Source of the DNA: an uncultured Bacteroidota bacterium
Lineage (GTDB): Bacteria; Bacteroidota; Bacteroidia; Flavobacteriales; Flavobacteriaceae
NCBI GenBank assembly: GCA_902635965.1
Contig: CACPQA010000005.1
Coordinates: forward strand, 50,292-114,291
Length of the DNA: 64,000 bases
Reading direction: 5' to 3'
Both the position numbers and the translations under genes were made by a program. Position 1 is the stretch's first letter. Each line of letters starts with the position of its first letter. The notes below the pieces were generated by a model. The model made no database searches, was not told the DNA's origin, and saw only the letters and a list, made by a program, of their open reading frames with translations. Below are positions 8,889 through 19,482 of the stretch, one piece after another.

Positions 8889-10791
8889 AATCTGTTCTTC
8901 TGTTTTTTTTGTGTTCTATTTCACTTGTTTTATAACAAGAATCTCCTCCTATACTACTTTTTTCTCCATATCCTTTCCCAGAAACTCTTTCTGGATTTAT
9001 AACTCTCTTTCTAATATAATCAACCACACTTTTATTTCTTCGGTTGGATAATTCTAGGTTATAATAATCAGCTCCTCTACAATCAGTGAATGAACTCAAC
9101 TCAAGTCTAACTTGAGGGTATTGGTTGAGGAACTTGACCACCTGGTCAAGCCTTACTTTATATTTTAAAAGAATATCACTTTTATCAAAGTCAAAAAATA
9201 TAGGTTCGAACTGTTTCAATTCAATTTGATTTACTTGGTTTTTATAAGTGCTTAAATAAACCATTATGGGTTTTGAGAACTTTGATTCAGATTTTAGTAC
9301 ATAACTAAACGAATCTTTATAAATAGAATCAACTTCGCTTTTATATAAAAATGTTCCATTTTTATTAAAAATTATCTTCCCATTTTTTGGAGGAGATTTT
9401 AGTTTCGCTTGTTTATTGTAAAGCTTTTGCAATGGATCTACTAAATGAATAAATTCAAGATCATTAGAGATGACACTATTTTTTGCAACAATTAAAGTAT
9501 CTGAAAAATTGTATTCATAAAAATCTTCAATACCAGCTAATCTAGGATTAAACTTGAATACATAAATATCATCCTCACCCATACCGTCTTTTCTATCTGA
9601 TGAGAAAAATCCAATTTTCAATTTCTGATTTATTCCAAATGAAAAATCGTCACCTTTAGAATTTATACTGTCCTTTAAAATATCAACTACCCAACGATTA
9701 GTAATCACTTTGGTGGCAATATAAATATCAAACTTACCTCCTTTGTTAACTTTATCTGATGAATAGAACAAAATTGAATCATTATAAGAATATGGAAAAG
9801 ACTCATTATACTCTGAGTTTATGTCTGGCCCCAAATTCATTGGTTCGGAAAGCCTTTCATTTTTTAAATCCACATAATAAATATCCATTCCACCGTAGCC
9901 GCCTGGCCTATTGCTTGAAAAATAAAGACGATTAGATTTTGAATTAATGCTTGGATGAAGATTAGAGTACTTTCTGGTCCTCTCAAGGATTGGTTTTATA
10001 ATATTTGTTTTATTTAGAATAGTACTATAAATATTTAATTGAATGCTATCATTAAAGTTTAAGCTTGACTCACTCCTTGTGAAAAACAGAGTTTTATTTA
10101 ATTGATTATAACTTCCGAAGCCCTCTTGAAATTCAGAATTTAAATTTTTAAGTTTATTTTTCGTGCGTTTAATGTTGAATTTTTCTGTGTCAAAATTACC
10201 TTCGTAAAAATTATATATTGGATATTTTGATTTAATCTTTTTAGATCTTTTTTTAATTTTTTTAGAATTTGATTGCTCACTTAAGAAAAGTACTTTACTA
10301 ACGATTTTGTTATCAATAAAAATTAGACCATGATCACCTTTCTCACTATTCCCTATAGCATTTTCAATAACATATTTACCAGGCAAGAGCTTGTTGTCAA
10401 AATCAATATTATTTGTGGTTATTAATGGTAACTTTATTGATTTATCACTGTATTCTTTGGCCAATTTACTACCTGTTGGTAAAAGATTAGCATATTTATA
10501 ATAATCTAATACGTTGGCTTTATTAGATTTCGTTATTTTTTCGTAAATAACTTTTGCTTCTTCTAAATTATTTGTCATGATATAAGAATTGGCTAAATTC
10601 CTTAAGCGATCAATTGATAAACTACCCTCAAATATTTTATATTTTTCAATAGATTTCTCATACATGTGATTCAAAAAATAGTAATCACCCCAAATATTGA
10701 TTAAACTATCGTTTTGTACTTTTTTGGATTGGGAAAAAACAAATAGGTTGTAAAAATTAAAAACTAAAAATACGACTAACTTTCTATTCAT
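8872..10791 (-). CDS. PorE (PG1058)-like T9SS-associated protein: TPR, TolB-like beta-propeller and OmpA_C peptidoglycan-binding domains
   Basis: Signal peptide. N-terminal TPR-like helices (YEKSIEKYKIF...LEEAKVIYEKI). Middle region has propeller-type repeats (LYFSSNRPGGYGGMDIYY, FFSSDRKDGMGEDDIYVF). C-terminal OmpA_C motif LSSFTDCRGADYYNLELSNRRNKSVVDYI. Sits directly downstream of a PorP/SprF-like gene. Confidence 0.75.
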   Translation of the reverse strand: MNRKLVVFLVFNFYNLFVFSQSKKVQNDSLINIWGDYYFLNHMYEKSIEKYKIFEGSLSIDRLRNLANSYIMTNNLEEAKVIYEKITKSNKANVLDYYKYANLLPTGSKLAKEYSDKSIKLPLITTNNIDFDNKLLPGKYVIENAIGNSEKGDHGLIFIDNKIVSKVLFLSEQSNSKKIKKRSKKIKSKYPIYNFYEGNFDTEKFNIKRTKNKLKNLNSEFQEGFGSYNQLNKTLFFTRSESSLNFNDSIQLNIYSTILNKTNIIKPILERTRKYSNLHPSINSKSNRLYFSSNRPGGYGGMDIYYVDLKNERLSEPMNLGPDINSEYNESFPYSYNDSILFYSSDKVNKGGKFDIYIATKVITNRWVVDILKDSINSKGDDFSFGINQKLKIGFFSSDRKDGMGEDDIYVFKFNPRLAGIEDFYEYNFSDTLIVAKNSVISNDLEFIHLVDPLQKLYNKQAKLKSPPKNGKIIFNKNGTFLYKSEVDSIYKDSFSYVLKSESKFSKPIMVYLSTYKNQVNQIELKQFEPIFFDFDKSDILLKYKVRLDQVVKFLNQYPQVRLELSSFTDCRGADYYNLELSNRRNKSVVDYIRKRVINPERVSGKGYGEKSSIGGDSCYKTSEIEHKKNRRTDFKLKF

Positions 10792-10793
10792 AA

Positions 10794-11723
10794 TTAAAAA
10801 AATCTAGGTGAAAATAAAAATGCCTCTCCTTTTGAAAAAATATCTAATCTTAAAAAAACTTCATGGGTTGGGATACTAATACCGTTACTAATTTCATTCG
10901 AAGGTATTCCATAAGAATATCCAAGTGTCAAATTATCAAAAATTTGAAAACCGGCGAGTGCACTTATTCCTGTTCCTTGAAAATTTGTAAATCCATAATT
11001 GTTAAAACTACTTCTTATTTGTCCACCAATCCATATATTTTCATTTATAATTCCCAAAATTGAAAAATCATATCCCCCAATGCTGCGTGTTTGCTTGAGT
11101 AAAAAACTAGGTTTTAACATAAAAACTTCAGATACTTTTATCAACCCTCCTGTTATGAAATAATAGTGTGGCTCTAAATTATATTCTTTATCTGATAATA
11201 ATCTAGGAATTGCAAATCCAGTGTAAAAAGATTGGGTGGAATAATAAATTCCAAAACCAATGTTAGGTAAAATTTTTCTATCCTTTTCTAATACAAATGC
11301 TGGATCATTTGGAGTTAAAGTCTGAATTATGTTTGTGTTTAATGAATAATTCTGAGCACCAGCCTTTAACCCAAGTGAAAGTCTATGACCCTTTTCATTT
11401 AGTTTTAAATGATAGGCTAAGTCTATGTCGAAAGATGTACTGTTAGTTGGCCCAATTTTATCGTTAAGAACACTAACTCCATATCCTAAATTCTTTGAAT
11501 TTATGGATTTCCCAAATGTGATTGTCTGTGTCTCAGGAGCTCCTTCTAAACCAACCCATTGAGAACGAATTACTGATGTTAAATTTGTTATTCCTCTTGA
11601 TCCAGTGTAAGCTGGATTTATGGCTTGGTGGTTAAACATATAGTAACTAAAATTTGATTCTTGTTGAGATCTACAAATTGATGAAATCAAAAATAAAAGA
11701 AAATATAATTTTAAATCCCTCAT
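10794..11723 (-). CDS. PorP/SprF family type IX secretion system membrane protein
   Basis: 309 aa with a signal peptide. The N-terminal FSYYMFNHQAINPAYTGSRG motif is typical of PorP/SprF. Beta-barrel-like sequence. Starts immediately after the stop of the type-B CTD cargo gene. Confidence 0.75.
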   Translation of the reverse strand: MRDLKLYFLLFLISSICRSQQESNFSYYMFNHQAINPAYTGSRGITNLTSVIRSQWVGLEGAPETQTITFGKSINSKNLGYGVSVLNDKIGPTNSTSFDIDLAYHLKLNEKGHRLSLGLKAGAQNYSLNTNIIQTLTPNDPAFVLEKDRKILPNIGFGIYYSTQSFYTGFAIPRLLSDKEYNLEPHYYFITGGLIKVSEVFMLKPSFLLKQTRSIGGYDFSILGIINENIWIGGQIRSSFNNYGFTNFQGTGISALAGFQIFDNLTLGYSYGIPSNEISNGISIPTHEVFLRLDIFSKGEAFLFSPRFF

Positions 11724-14700
11724 CTAATTGTCCTTCCTTTTTATATAAACGAACCCTCTATTGGGCTCTGTTTCATCACCCCATATGATTGAATAAAAAT
11801 AAGTTCCTTCAGGCAAAAGATTATCTCTAGACATAAATGAATCTGTTTGAGAAGTTCCAGCCCAATCATTTTTATAATTATTTGTCTCATATACCTTAAT
11901 TCCCCACCTATTAAAAATTATCAATTTATATCCAATTGCCTTTTCGATTCCACGAATCTCCCATGTGTCATTTACACCGTCGCCATCTGGGGAAAATGCA
12001 TTTGGTATAAAAAGATCTACCTTCCCAAAGGTAACAACATCTGAAATTAGATCAGCATAACAAATGTTAGATAGATTTTTTACAACAAGTCTAAATTCTC
12101 TTCCTGAGGGAATTCTTTTTTTATCCCTTATTTCTAATATGCTTGAATTTACTCCAGAATAATTTGAGTCATTTGAGATATTTCTCCATGAAGGATTTTC
12201 CTTGTCACCTGTATTTTCCTGCCACCTAAAACCCGCATATTCATTAATATTAATTTGAGCTTCAATTTCTAATGTACTACCATTCACTTGTCTAGATGTT
12301 GGTTGAAGTATAAAAAATATTTCTTCTCCATATTCTTTAAAATCAGGAATACCATTTCCTGATCTATCCATGGGCTGAGTATATCCACCTTGATTTAGTA
12401 CCCTTCCTACATTGTCAAATATTACAGGCCCAATACCCAAGATGCCATCGTTATCCTCATCACTAAAACCAGCTTCAACGGCGTCATAACATCCATCATT
12501 ATCAGAATCAAGATCAACAGAGTTTGGTAGACCATCTCCATCAATATCCTCAAATCCTTCCAAAATATCTAAAATACCATCATTGTCATCGTCAATATCA
12601 TCCTTATCATCCACTCCATCTGAGTCACAATCTACTGAAACGGTAATAGGCAATGTCACACTCATGGGCATAAAACTACATGCATCATAATTAGAAGTAT
12701 TATCAATTGTTTCCGTTTTATTTGGAACTCCATCCCCATCAATATCTTCGTCACAAGCATCACCAATACCATCTCCATCAAAATCATTTTGGTTTGGATT
12801 TGAGACATCTGGACAATTATCAAATTCGTCACCTGCTCCGTCAGAATCACTATCCTTTTCATTATCCAAAGTAACCAATTCAACAGAGGCTGATTGCATT
12901 TTTAAATAATTAAAATCTTCTGTGTTCGGGTGAATTTTCAAAATCAGATTTGATTGCACGTCCCCATCTAAAAAAGGATCATCAACTCCGAAAAGAGTGA
13001 GTTCTTGAGCAATATTCCAATTAAACTCATCGAATTCTATTTCTAGTTTATTAATTGAAACTTCAGTTAAATCTGTTAATTCAAAAACTATTTTTACTTT
13101 ACCTGTAGGCTTATTACCGAGAGATATAGATATATTAGTTGAGTTTTTGTCCTCTGATAGAATCTCTGGTTCAGAAACATTTAAAAAAGGAAAATCATTG
13201 TCCTTGTTTACCAAATTTATATCAGCTACGTCATCGGCATTTAAAATTCCATAAAAAAGATCCAACGATACTGGACTAGCTGTAATAAATTCAAATTTTT
13301 GATCTCCGTCAATTATTGAATCATCAATTCCTGTCAGAGTTACTTGGTTTAGAGAAAAATTGTCCCAATTTTCCTTTTCTATTCTAACAATATTCTCCAC
13401 CAATTTAACTTCATCGGAGTTACTTCCGATAGATAAAGGAATATCAACCCAACTTAGTGGCTCGGATGTTAACTTAAAACCTATAATTACAGAATCCAAG
13501 TCCTCAGAGGTTGTATAGTCATCATTCATAACTTTAACAATTACTGCAGGTGAGTCATTGTCTTGGTTAGTAAATTCAATTGGATCAAAAGCATTTGGAT
13601 CAATTGTACCATAATTGAGATCTAAAGAAAATACGCTTGAAATAATGATATCATATTTTTGAGGACCGTCTGTGACAGGAGGAAAGTCGTCAACACCAGT
13701 TACATAAACTAGCTGAGGCTCATCCCAATTTGAAGAGTCAAAAGTTATTTGAGGAATTACAGTTCCTTCATTCAGGTTTGAGGAAGAAAAGTTTACAATT
13801 ACAGAAGAATCCGGTCTGGAGGTTAAAAGAATTTCAAAAAAACCTTGATCTTCGTCTTCACTAGTTAGTAAATCTATTTCAGTAATTAAAACATTAGACT
13901 CGTCGTCATCAATGGTTAAAACGTTTATTGATTGGTCCTCTAGTCCAAAAAAATTGGGATCTGAGGATATATCAACGGATATTAAAATAGTGCTTGTCTT
14001 ATCTCCATCGATAATGTCATCGTTTACACTGTTTAAATACACATTTTGAGGTATATTCCATTCATCTGGGTTAAATAATATAGTCGAAAAAGAAACATCC
14101 ACCTCTGACTCAGTTCTATCATTTGTTGATATATTCAATTGAACTGGAGTGTTAGGTCTTGAGTTAAGTACGACAAAAAAATTAGCTTGATTACCCGTTT
14201 CATTGAGATCATTTGATATTGGTCCAACTGAAAACCCCGGGTTATCGTCATCGATATTTACAAAATCTACATCTGCAACATCACTTGCATTAAGATTATC
14301 ATATGCAGGATCAGAAGACCGAGGGTCACCAGTCTCTAATTTCAAAGCTATATCGCCATCTATTATATCGTCATCCAATCCAGTTAAAGTAACCCTATTC
14401 AAATTGGGAGAATTCCAATTTGCATTTAATATTGTTATTGAAGTAGTACTCAGACTCACCTCGCCTAAATCTCCAACAATAGACAAGGGAATAGTAACAT
14501 CTGCCGAGAGAAGAGGAAGAGTTGTTAAATTAAATTCAGCAATTAGAGTATCTCCGTCTTCACCCGTTGAACTGTCAAAGCCAACAACATTTACTTCTAC
14601 TCCTACTCCATCAAGATCTTGATTGGTCATTGCAACATCAGCTATTGTTGCAGGATCTATTGTACTATAATTTGCATCTGAAGAGCTTACAACTCCTGTA

Positions 14701-17402
14701 ATAATTTGATAATTAATAGCGCCATCTTGGATAGGTATAGGATCAGGAAGACCTGTTACGGTTATAATTTGGGGAATATTCCAATTTAATGGGGAAAATG
14801 TCACTGTTGCTTGAACAGAACCCTCTGTCAAATCAGAAGAATTTAAAATTAAATCAACAAAACCTGTCGGTTTAGAATTCATCACTACTGAAAAAGAACC
14901 TTCATCTCCGCTTTCATCAGTTAGATTATCAATAGAGACTATTGTAAATCCAACTTGATCTATGTCAATTATTTCTGTTGGAATTGAGATATTTGGAAGA
15001 TTATTATAGCAATTTAAAGTGCTGGTAGTATTAACTGACAAACCTAAATTAAAATTTTGATTTCCATCTAAAATAAAATCAAGCTGGGGGTCAATTGTGA
15101 TAGTTTGAGTAACATTCCAATTTATAGGTGTGAAAGTCAAAGTACTTAAACTTACAGCAATTTCTGTATTATCAATGTTTACAAAATCTAGATAAACATT
15201 TGATGAAGGTGTTCCAGTTAAACTGACCCCTAGAGTTATATTATCGGCGTTTTCCCTTTCGGAAAATGATGTTGGAGAAACCAAAATGGAGGGAGAGAAG
15301 ACACCTATTGTAGCTTCATCAGAAATAGTTTCACATTGAGTGTTTAGCTTTCTTGTTTTAACTCTATATCTTTTGTTGTTTAGTGAAGTATTTAATGGTT
15401 GAACAACTAATGTAGCAGAATTTACTCCTGTATAGTTTGCCTCGGGAGTACCAAAACCAATATCCTCCCAAATAACTCCATTAAAAACTTGCCACTGATA
15501 AATAGAATCGTCAGGATCTGTTGTAACTACAGAAAAAGAATTTGTGTCGCTTACACAAATAGAAACAGAGGTAGGATGAGAGGTAATTGAAACAAGGTCA
15601 GTTGCTTCTTGAAAATCAAAAATTGTACTTGAATCTGTATCTAATGGAGTTAGGTATCCTCCTTGCCCTAAAACTTTCCCAACCAGGTCAACGTTTACAG
15701 GGCTAACTCCTAAAATTCCGTTATTATCATTGTCAGTAAAACCCGCCTCTGTTGTATCGTAACATATGTCGTTGTCACTGTCAAGGTCTTTGTAATCAGG
15801 AGTTCCATCATTATCTGTATCTAAATAACGGTCTTTTATTTTATAATTGAACACAAATGTGGAGGTAGCATTAATGTTTTTATTTGTATGGTTGGTTTGA
15901 AGAGAAGTAATATCCCTTGATGAAAAGCTTGGAGGGTCTATCAAGTTGCCTCCTGGAGAGTTGTATTTGAATAGAATTTCATTACTAGTGAATGATGTAA
16001 CTCCAGATTCGTATACGCCATCAAAGTCGGTATCAACAAGAAGTATATTATTGTAATTTTGTAATGTTAGGGTTTTGTCATTTGGTAAAACAGACAATGA
16101 AAAAGATTCATTAAAAACTATAGTTCTTGTTGTAATTCCAGTTAAAAAGACCAAATTAGTTGGTTCAGTAAAATTCAAATTAAAATTTAAATTTTCATTG
16201 AAACCTGGTCCAAGAGTTGAAGTTGCCACTCCATTTATACTTCCAATTAAAGAAGAATTAGTAGTAGTTGTAATATTTGACGTAATTGATGAAGTGTTAG
16301 AGGTGCTATCACTAAAATTTAATACCGGATTATAAAAATCTGATAAATCTAAATCTATGTCCCCGTTAGATTCGGTAGTATTTAAAATACCGTCATTGTC
16401 GATATCTAAATCTATATTGTCTAGAATGCCGTCTAAATCATAGTCAGGAGGGCACAGTGAAACAGTTATTTCACTTGACTCAAAATATTGAATTGGATCA
16501 GAACCACATTGCTTCTGTGCAATAATTTTATATTTTCCAGTAAGGGCTGGTGAAAATGGACTGGTAGTAACACCAGTGCTAGAGTAACCCGAACCTGTCT
16601 CGTCGTCAAACCACCAAGTGAAGCTGTCATATGATTCTACACCACTAGCAACCAAATTTGCATTTGGAAGGCAAAAATCAAGACTTGCATCTATCTTGCC
16701 TAAATTCGTACTTAAATTACCTGATCCATCAAAACCAGAATAAAAACCTCCTGAAGTTGCAAAACCGTTTCTGTTAAAATATTTTACATACAACTCGTCA
16801 TCACTAAATACAGAAACATCTCCTTCTAAGCCTGAAACCGAATACGTAACATAATTTGTATTTCCAGTTACAGTCCCAATGATTGAAGTCGCTCCTCCAG
16901 TTAAACCTGTTATTGGTGAATTTGTATTGTTGTTATCCGTAATAGAAATAATGGCGCCAACTTTTGAAATAATACTTAATTTAGCTTCAAAAGGAACACC
17001 TCCAATTCCATTGATAATTGGGATATTATTTACATCCCCTAAACTAGAACACTTTAGAGGTGGAACGAAAAAAAGACCTTGATTTGCTTCACTAGCGCCT
17101 GAACCAATACCTTGAAATGCATAGACCGGTTCAGAGGATTCGACATACATATTTTCGTTTACATCGTAAAAATCTCCCTCAATCAAAAAATACTCTCCTT
17201 CAGAAATAACTTTGGATGATAATGCCGGGTCAGTACCTTTTACATTTATTCCTTTTAAAAAATTTTTTCCATTTGTAATTTGGTTTCCATTTATTGTAAT
17301 TGAGGTGTTGTCAGTTGTTGCTACAAGTAAAATATTTTCCCATTCATCATTTCCAGTTCCTTTTTTTAAAAATATACTCTTTTCCAACTTTACTTTCATC
17401 AA
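11724..17402 (-). CDS. Giant T9SS cargo/adhesin, C-terminal 1,878 aa of a roughly 2,170-aa protein (frame 2 of a frameshifted gene)
   Basis: C-terminal [19 protein letters not shown]...GTYFYSI...GFVYIKR is a type-B T9SS sorting domain (gliding-motility-associated CTD). Also carries DxDxDG loops, thrombospondin-type-3-like repeats ([43 protein letters not shown]) and seven ~115-aa tandem repeats. It has no signal peptide of its own; that lies in ORF 17347..18237. Confidence 0.85.
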   Translation of the reverse strand: MMKVKLEKSIFLKKGTGNDEWENILLVATTDNTSITINGNQITNGKNFLKGINVKGTDPALSSKVISEGEYFLIEGDFYDVNENMYVESSEPVYAFQGIGSGASEANQGLFFVPPLKCSSLGDVNNIPIINGIGGVPFEAKLSIISKVGAIISITDNNNTNSPITGLTGGATSIIGTVTGNTNYVTYSVSGLEGDVSVFSDDELYVKYFNRNGFATSGGFYSGFDGSGNLSTNLGKIDASLDFCLPNANLVASGVESYDSFTWWFDDETGSGYSSTGVTTSPFSPALTGKYKIIAQKQCGSDPIQYFESSEITVSLCPPDYDLDGILDNIDLDIDNDGILNTTESNGDIDLDLSDFYNPVLNFSDSTSNTSSITSNITTTTNSSLIGSINGVATSTLGPGFNENLNFNLNFTEPTNLVFLTGITTRTIVFNESFSLSVLPNDKTLTLQNYNNILLVDTDFDGVYESGVTSFTSNEILFKYNSPGGNLIDPPSFSSRDITSLQTNHTNKNINATSTFVFNYKIKDRYLDTDNDGTPDYKDLDSDNDICYDTTEAGFTDNDNNGILGVSPVNVDLVGKVLGQGGYLTPLDTDSSTIFDFQEATDLVSITSHPTSVSICVSDTNSFSVVTTDPDDSIYQWQVFNGVIWEDIGFGTPEANYTGVNSATLVVQPLNTSLNNKRYRVKTRKLNTQCETISDEATIGVFSPSILVSPTSFSERENADNITLGVSLTGTPSSNVYLDFVNIDNTEIAVSLSTLTFTPINWNVTQTITIDPQLDFILDGNQNFNLGLSVNTTSTLNCYNNLPNISIPTEIIDIDQVGFTIVSIDNLTDESGDEGSFSVVMNSKPTGFVDLILNSSDLTEGSVQATVTFSPLNWNIPQIITVTGLPDPIPIQDGAINYQIITGVVSSSDANYSTIDPATIADVAMTNQDLDGVGVEVNVVGFDSSTGEDGDTLIAEFNLTTLPLLSADVTIPLSIVGDLGEVSLSTTSITILNANWNSPNLNRVTLTGLDDDIIDGDIALKLETGDPRSSDPAYDNLNASDVADVDFVNIDDDNPGFSVGPISNDLNETGNQANFFVVLNSRPNTPVQLNISTNDRTESEVDVSFSTILFNPDEWNIPQNVYLNSVNDDIIDGDKTSTILISVDISSDPNFFGLEDQSINVLTIDDDESNVLITEIDLLTSEDEDQGFFEILLTSRPDSSVIVNFSSSNLNEGTVIPQITFDSSNWDEPQLVYVTGVDDFPPVTDGPQKYDIIISSVFSLDLNYGTIDPNAFDPIEFTNQDNDSPAVIVKVMNDDYTTSEDLDSVIIGFKLTSEPLSWVDIPLSIGSNSDEVKLVENIVRIEKENWDNFSLNQVTLTGIDDSIIDGDQKFEFITASPVSLDLFYGILNADDVADINLVNKDNDFPFLNVSEPEILSEDKNSTNISISLGNKPTGKVKIVFELTDLTEVSINKLEIEFDEFNWNIAQELTLFGVDDPFLDGDVQSNLILKIHPNTEDFNYLKMQSASVELVTLDNEKDSDSDGAGDEFDNCPDVSNPNQNDFDGDGIGDACDEDIDGDGVPNKTETIDNTSNYDACSFMPMSVTLPITVSVDCDSDGVDDKDDIDDDNDGILDILEGFEDIDGDGLPNSVDLDSDNDGCYDAVEAGFSDEDNDGILGIGPVIFDNVGRVLNQGGYTQPMDRSGNGIPDFKEYGEEIFFILQPTSRQVNGSTLEIEAQININEYAGFRWQENTGDKENPSWRNISNDSNYSGVNSSILEIRDKKRIPSGREFRLVVKNLSNICYADLISDVVTFGKVDLFIPNAFSPDGDGVNDTWEIRGIEKAIGYKLIIFNRWGIKVYETNNYKNDWAGTSQTDSFMSRDNLLPEGTYFYSIIWGDETEPNRGFVYIKRKDN
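12849..15296 (-). repeat. Seven in-frame tandem ~115-aa repeats (Calx-beta/cadherin-like in character) inside the giant adhesin
   Basis: aa 703-1518 of ORF 11724..17402. Each unit shows a recurring pattern of roughly ..F.V.L.S.P...V.....S....E......(L/I)TF....WN.PQ.(V/I)T(V/L)TG.DD...DG.... Confidence 0.7.
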
Positions 17403-18237
17403 CTAACTGATCGAATCCAAAATCTCTAGAATATCTCGCTAATCCAAAGCCCCCACTTAATGAACCAGAGTTAACAACAACCGGTTTCGTTGATACAATA
17501 TTAGATCCTATTAATCCGTCAGAATTATAAGTATGATTAGAATTATATTCGCTATCCAATGGTACATCTCCCCCTCCTTCACCAAGTGCGATAATCGTAT
17601 ATGTTTCACCTCTATCTAAGTTAACAACAATGTCATTTAACTTATTATTAGTAGAACCTAGTGCAACTTCATCTACATCCACAATATCAACGTTTTCATC
17701 AATGTTATTAATTGTCAATTGCGTTCCATCCTCTGATGCCATAACACTTATAAAAGTTGACATGGTATTATCAGAATTGTAATTTGTAAACCCCCCAGCT
17801 TTAAACTCTGTACCTAAAGCTGAGTTTCCTTTGCTAACAAGTGCTCCAGCATGGACAGGATTCTTGACTCTCAGCGCAACGTAAATTTGAGACTCTCCAG
17901 ATTCAACAATAAACCCTTTGTCATTCCTAACCTTGGCAGTCTCATTGGTATTGTTACCAACCAGTGAAACTTGAGATCTACCTGTTGAAAATAAATCCTC
18001 GATTTCGAAGACGTAAGGATTAGAATTACTAACTGTTACTACCTGTGACGGACTTCCAATAGGTGTGATCAAAACATCTATTGTTCCAACACTTGGTGTA
18101 GATATGTAAATGTATTGACCCTGGTTTGGAAGTGCTCCTTGCGATGCTGCTATGGGAGGAATATAATGGATTTTACTTAGCTGTCCATTTACGAAATTAC
18201 AAATGACTAAAAAAAGAAAAAGAAAAATCTTTTTCAT
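17347..18237 (-). CDS. N-terminal 292 aa of the same giant adhesin (signal peptide plus first half of a beta-helix-like, IgGFc-binding-N-terminal-like domain)
   Basis: Signal peptide [19 protein letters not shown]. Overlaps ORF 11724..17402 by 56 nt in another frame. Removing one base of the T7 run at 17361-17367 fuses them seamlessly (...[24 protein letters not shown]...). Confidence 0.7.
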   Translation of the reverse strand: MKKIFLFLFLVICNFVNGQLSKIHYIPPIAASQGALPNQGQYIYISTPSVGTIDVLITPIGSPSQVVTVSNSNPYVFEIEDLFSTGRSQVSLVGNNTNETAKVRNDKGFIVESGESQIYVALRVKNPVHAGALVSKGNSALGTEFKAGGFTNYNSDNTMSTFISVMASEDGTQLTINNIDENVDIVDVDEVALGSTNNKLNDIVVNLDRGETYTIIALGEGGGDVPLDSEYNSNHTYNSDGLIGSNIVSTKPVVVNSGSLSGGFGLARYSRDFGFDQLVDESKVGKEYIFKKRNWK

Positions 18238-18432
18238 CTATTTATTTCTTCTTTATATATAATCAACTATTAGATTCTGTTAGATCTAAATATATGATTG
18301 AATAAAATAAACTTCTCCAGGCAATAAATTTTCTCTACAAATAAATGAATAAGTTTGAGAAGAGCTAGCCCAATTATTTTATATTTATTTGTCTCATATA
18401 TAAATCTTCCTTATGTTTTAAAGATAATCAAT

Positions 18433-19475
18433 TTATGTAAATCTTTTTAAATCTACTTCTTTAGGAATTGATGAGCTTTTATAGATTTGATCATATAGCC
18501 AAGCTGATAATGTTGGGGCAAGTAGAATTCCTCTTGACCCAAGGCCATTAAGAAGATAAATATTTTTGAAATTGGAATGTGAACCGATCATTGGTCTGCG
18601 ATCAACAGTTGTAGGTCTTATATTGGCGTTATGTTCAACAATCTTAAAAGGTTCAGTAATTATGCTCTCAAGCTTTTCAATTAACCATTCTTTTTTTCTT
18701 TGAGTCGGAATCTTGTTTTTGTCTGAATTATCATAAGAAGCACCAACCCAGTAAATTTGATCTTTCACCGGCATGACAAAAATTGATGATCTTTTAATGA
18801 TTTTTTTTAAATTAATATTTGGAATTTTTACTATTAAGAATTCACCTTTTGAGCCTTTTACAGGTAAATTTTTTAAAAAAAGGGTTATTTACAACACTAT
18901 AACCCTCACAAAAAAGAATATTTTCAGCAATAATATTCTTATAAATTACCTTTTTGTTATCATAAAAAAGTTTATTGTAATCGAAGTCTTGCTTTATGTA
19001 TTTGTCTTTTAAATTATTTTTGAATGTACTAATTAGATTATCAGTTGAAATTCGCGCGCATTTTTTTACTAAACCATATCCATATTCAGTTATTAATCCT
19101 TTGATTTTTTTTGTTTGAATTTTACTTTCTAAAAATTCTGAGAGTTGTATTTTATTCGAAGCTATCGCCCAATTATTTTGATCTGAAATACTTGTAAAGA
19201 CTTTTAAAATGTCGTGCTTGTAAATTATTTTTTTTTCATATTTATTTTCAATATTACTGTAAAATTTAATGGCATTTTCATAGAATTCTTTCCCTTTCCA
19301 TGTCATATTATACCTTTTTAAAACCGTAGGATTGATTATACCTGCGGCAATTTTCGAAGAACCGTTTTGATTATTGTCAATTATATAAAAGCTTTTTTTA
19401 TTTTGATGTAAAATTTCAGCATAACAAATCCCAGCAATACCCATTCCTACGATAATTGTATTTACTTTTTTTCAT
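18433..19475 (-). pseudogene. FAD-dependent oxidoreductase (DAO/MnmC-C-like), disrupted by two single-base homopolymer frameshifts
   Basis: ORFs 18842..19444 and 18433..18774 are consecutive parts of one DAO-family protein. The junction frame reads LPVKGSKGEFLIVKIPNINLKKIIKRSSIFVMPVKDQIYWVGASY. With an A6 instead of A7 after the ATG at 19475 the N-terminus becomes MKKVNTIIVGMGIAGICYAE, a Rossmann GxGxxG beta-alpha-beta. 1043 nt minus 2 gives 347 codons. Confidence 0.65.
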
Positions 19476-19482
19476 TAATGAG

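Noticed and set aside
11847-17406. Plus-strand ORFs of 64-139 aa inside the giant adhesin gene (for example 14203..14622 and 16075..16335), plus the same-strand out-of-frame ORF 12662..12883
   Set aside because: All are embedded in the 5.7-kb coding frame. The Asp/Asn/Ser/Thr-rich repeats remove stop codons from the other frames. No signal peptides or domain motifs are visible.
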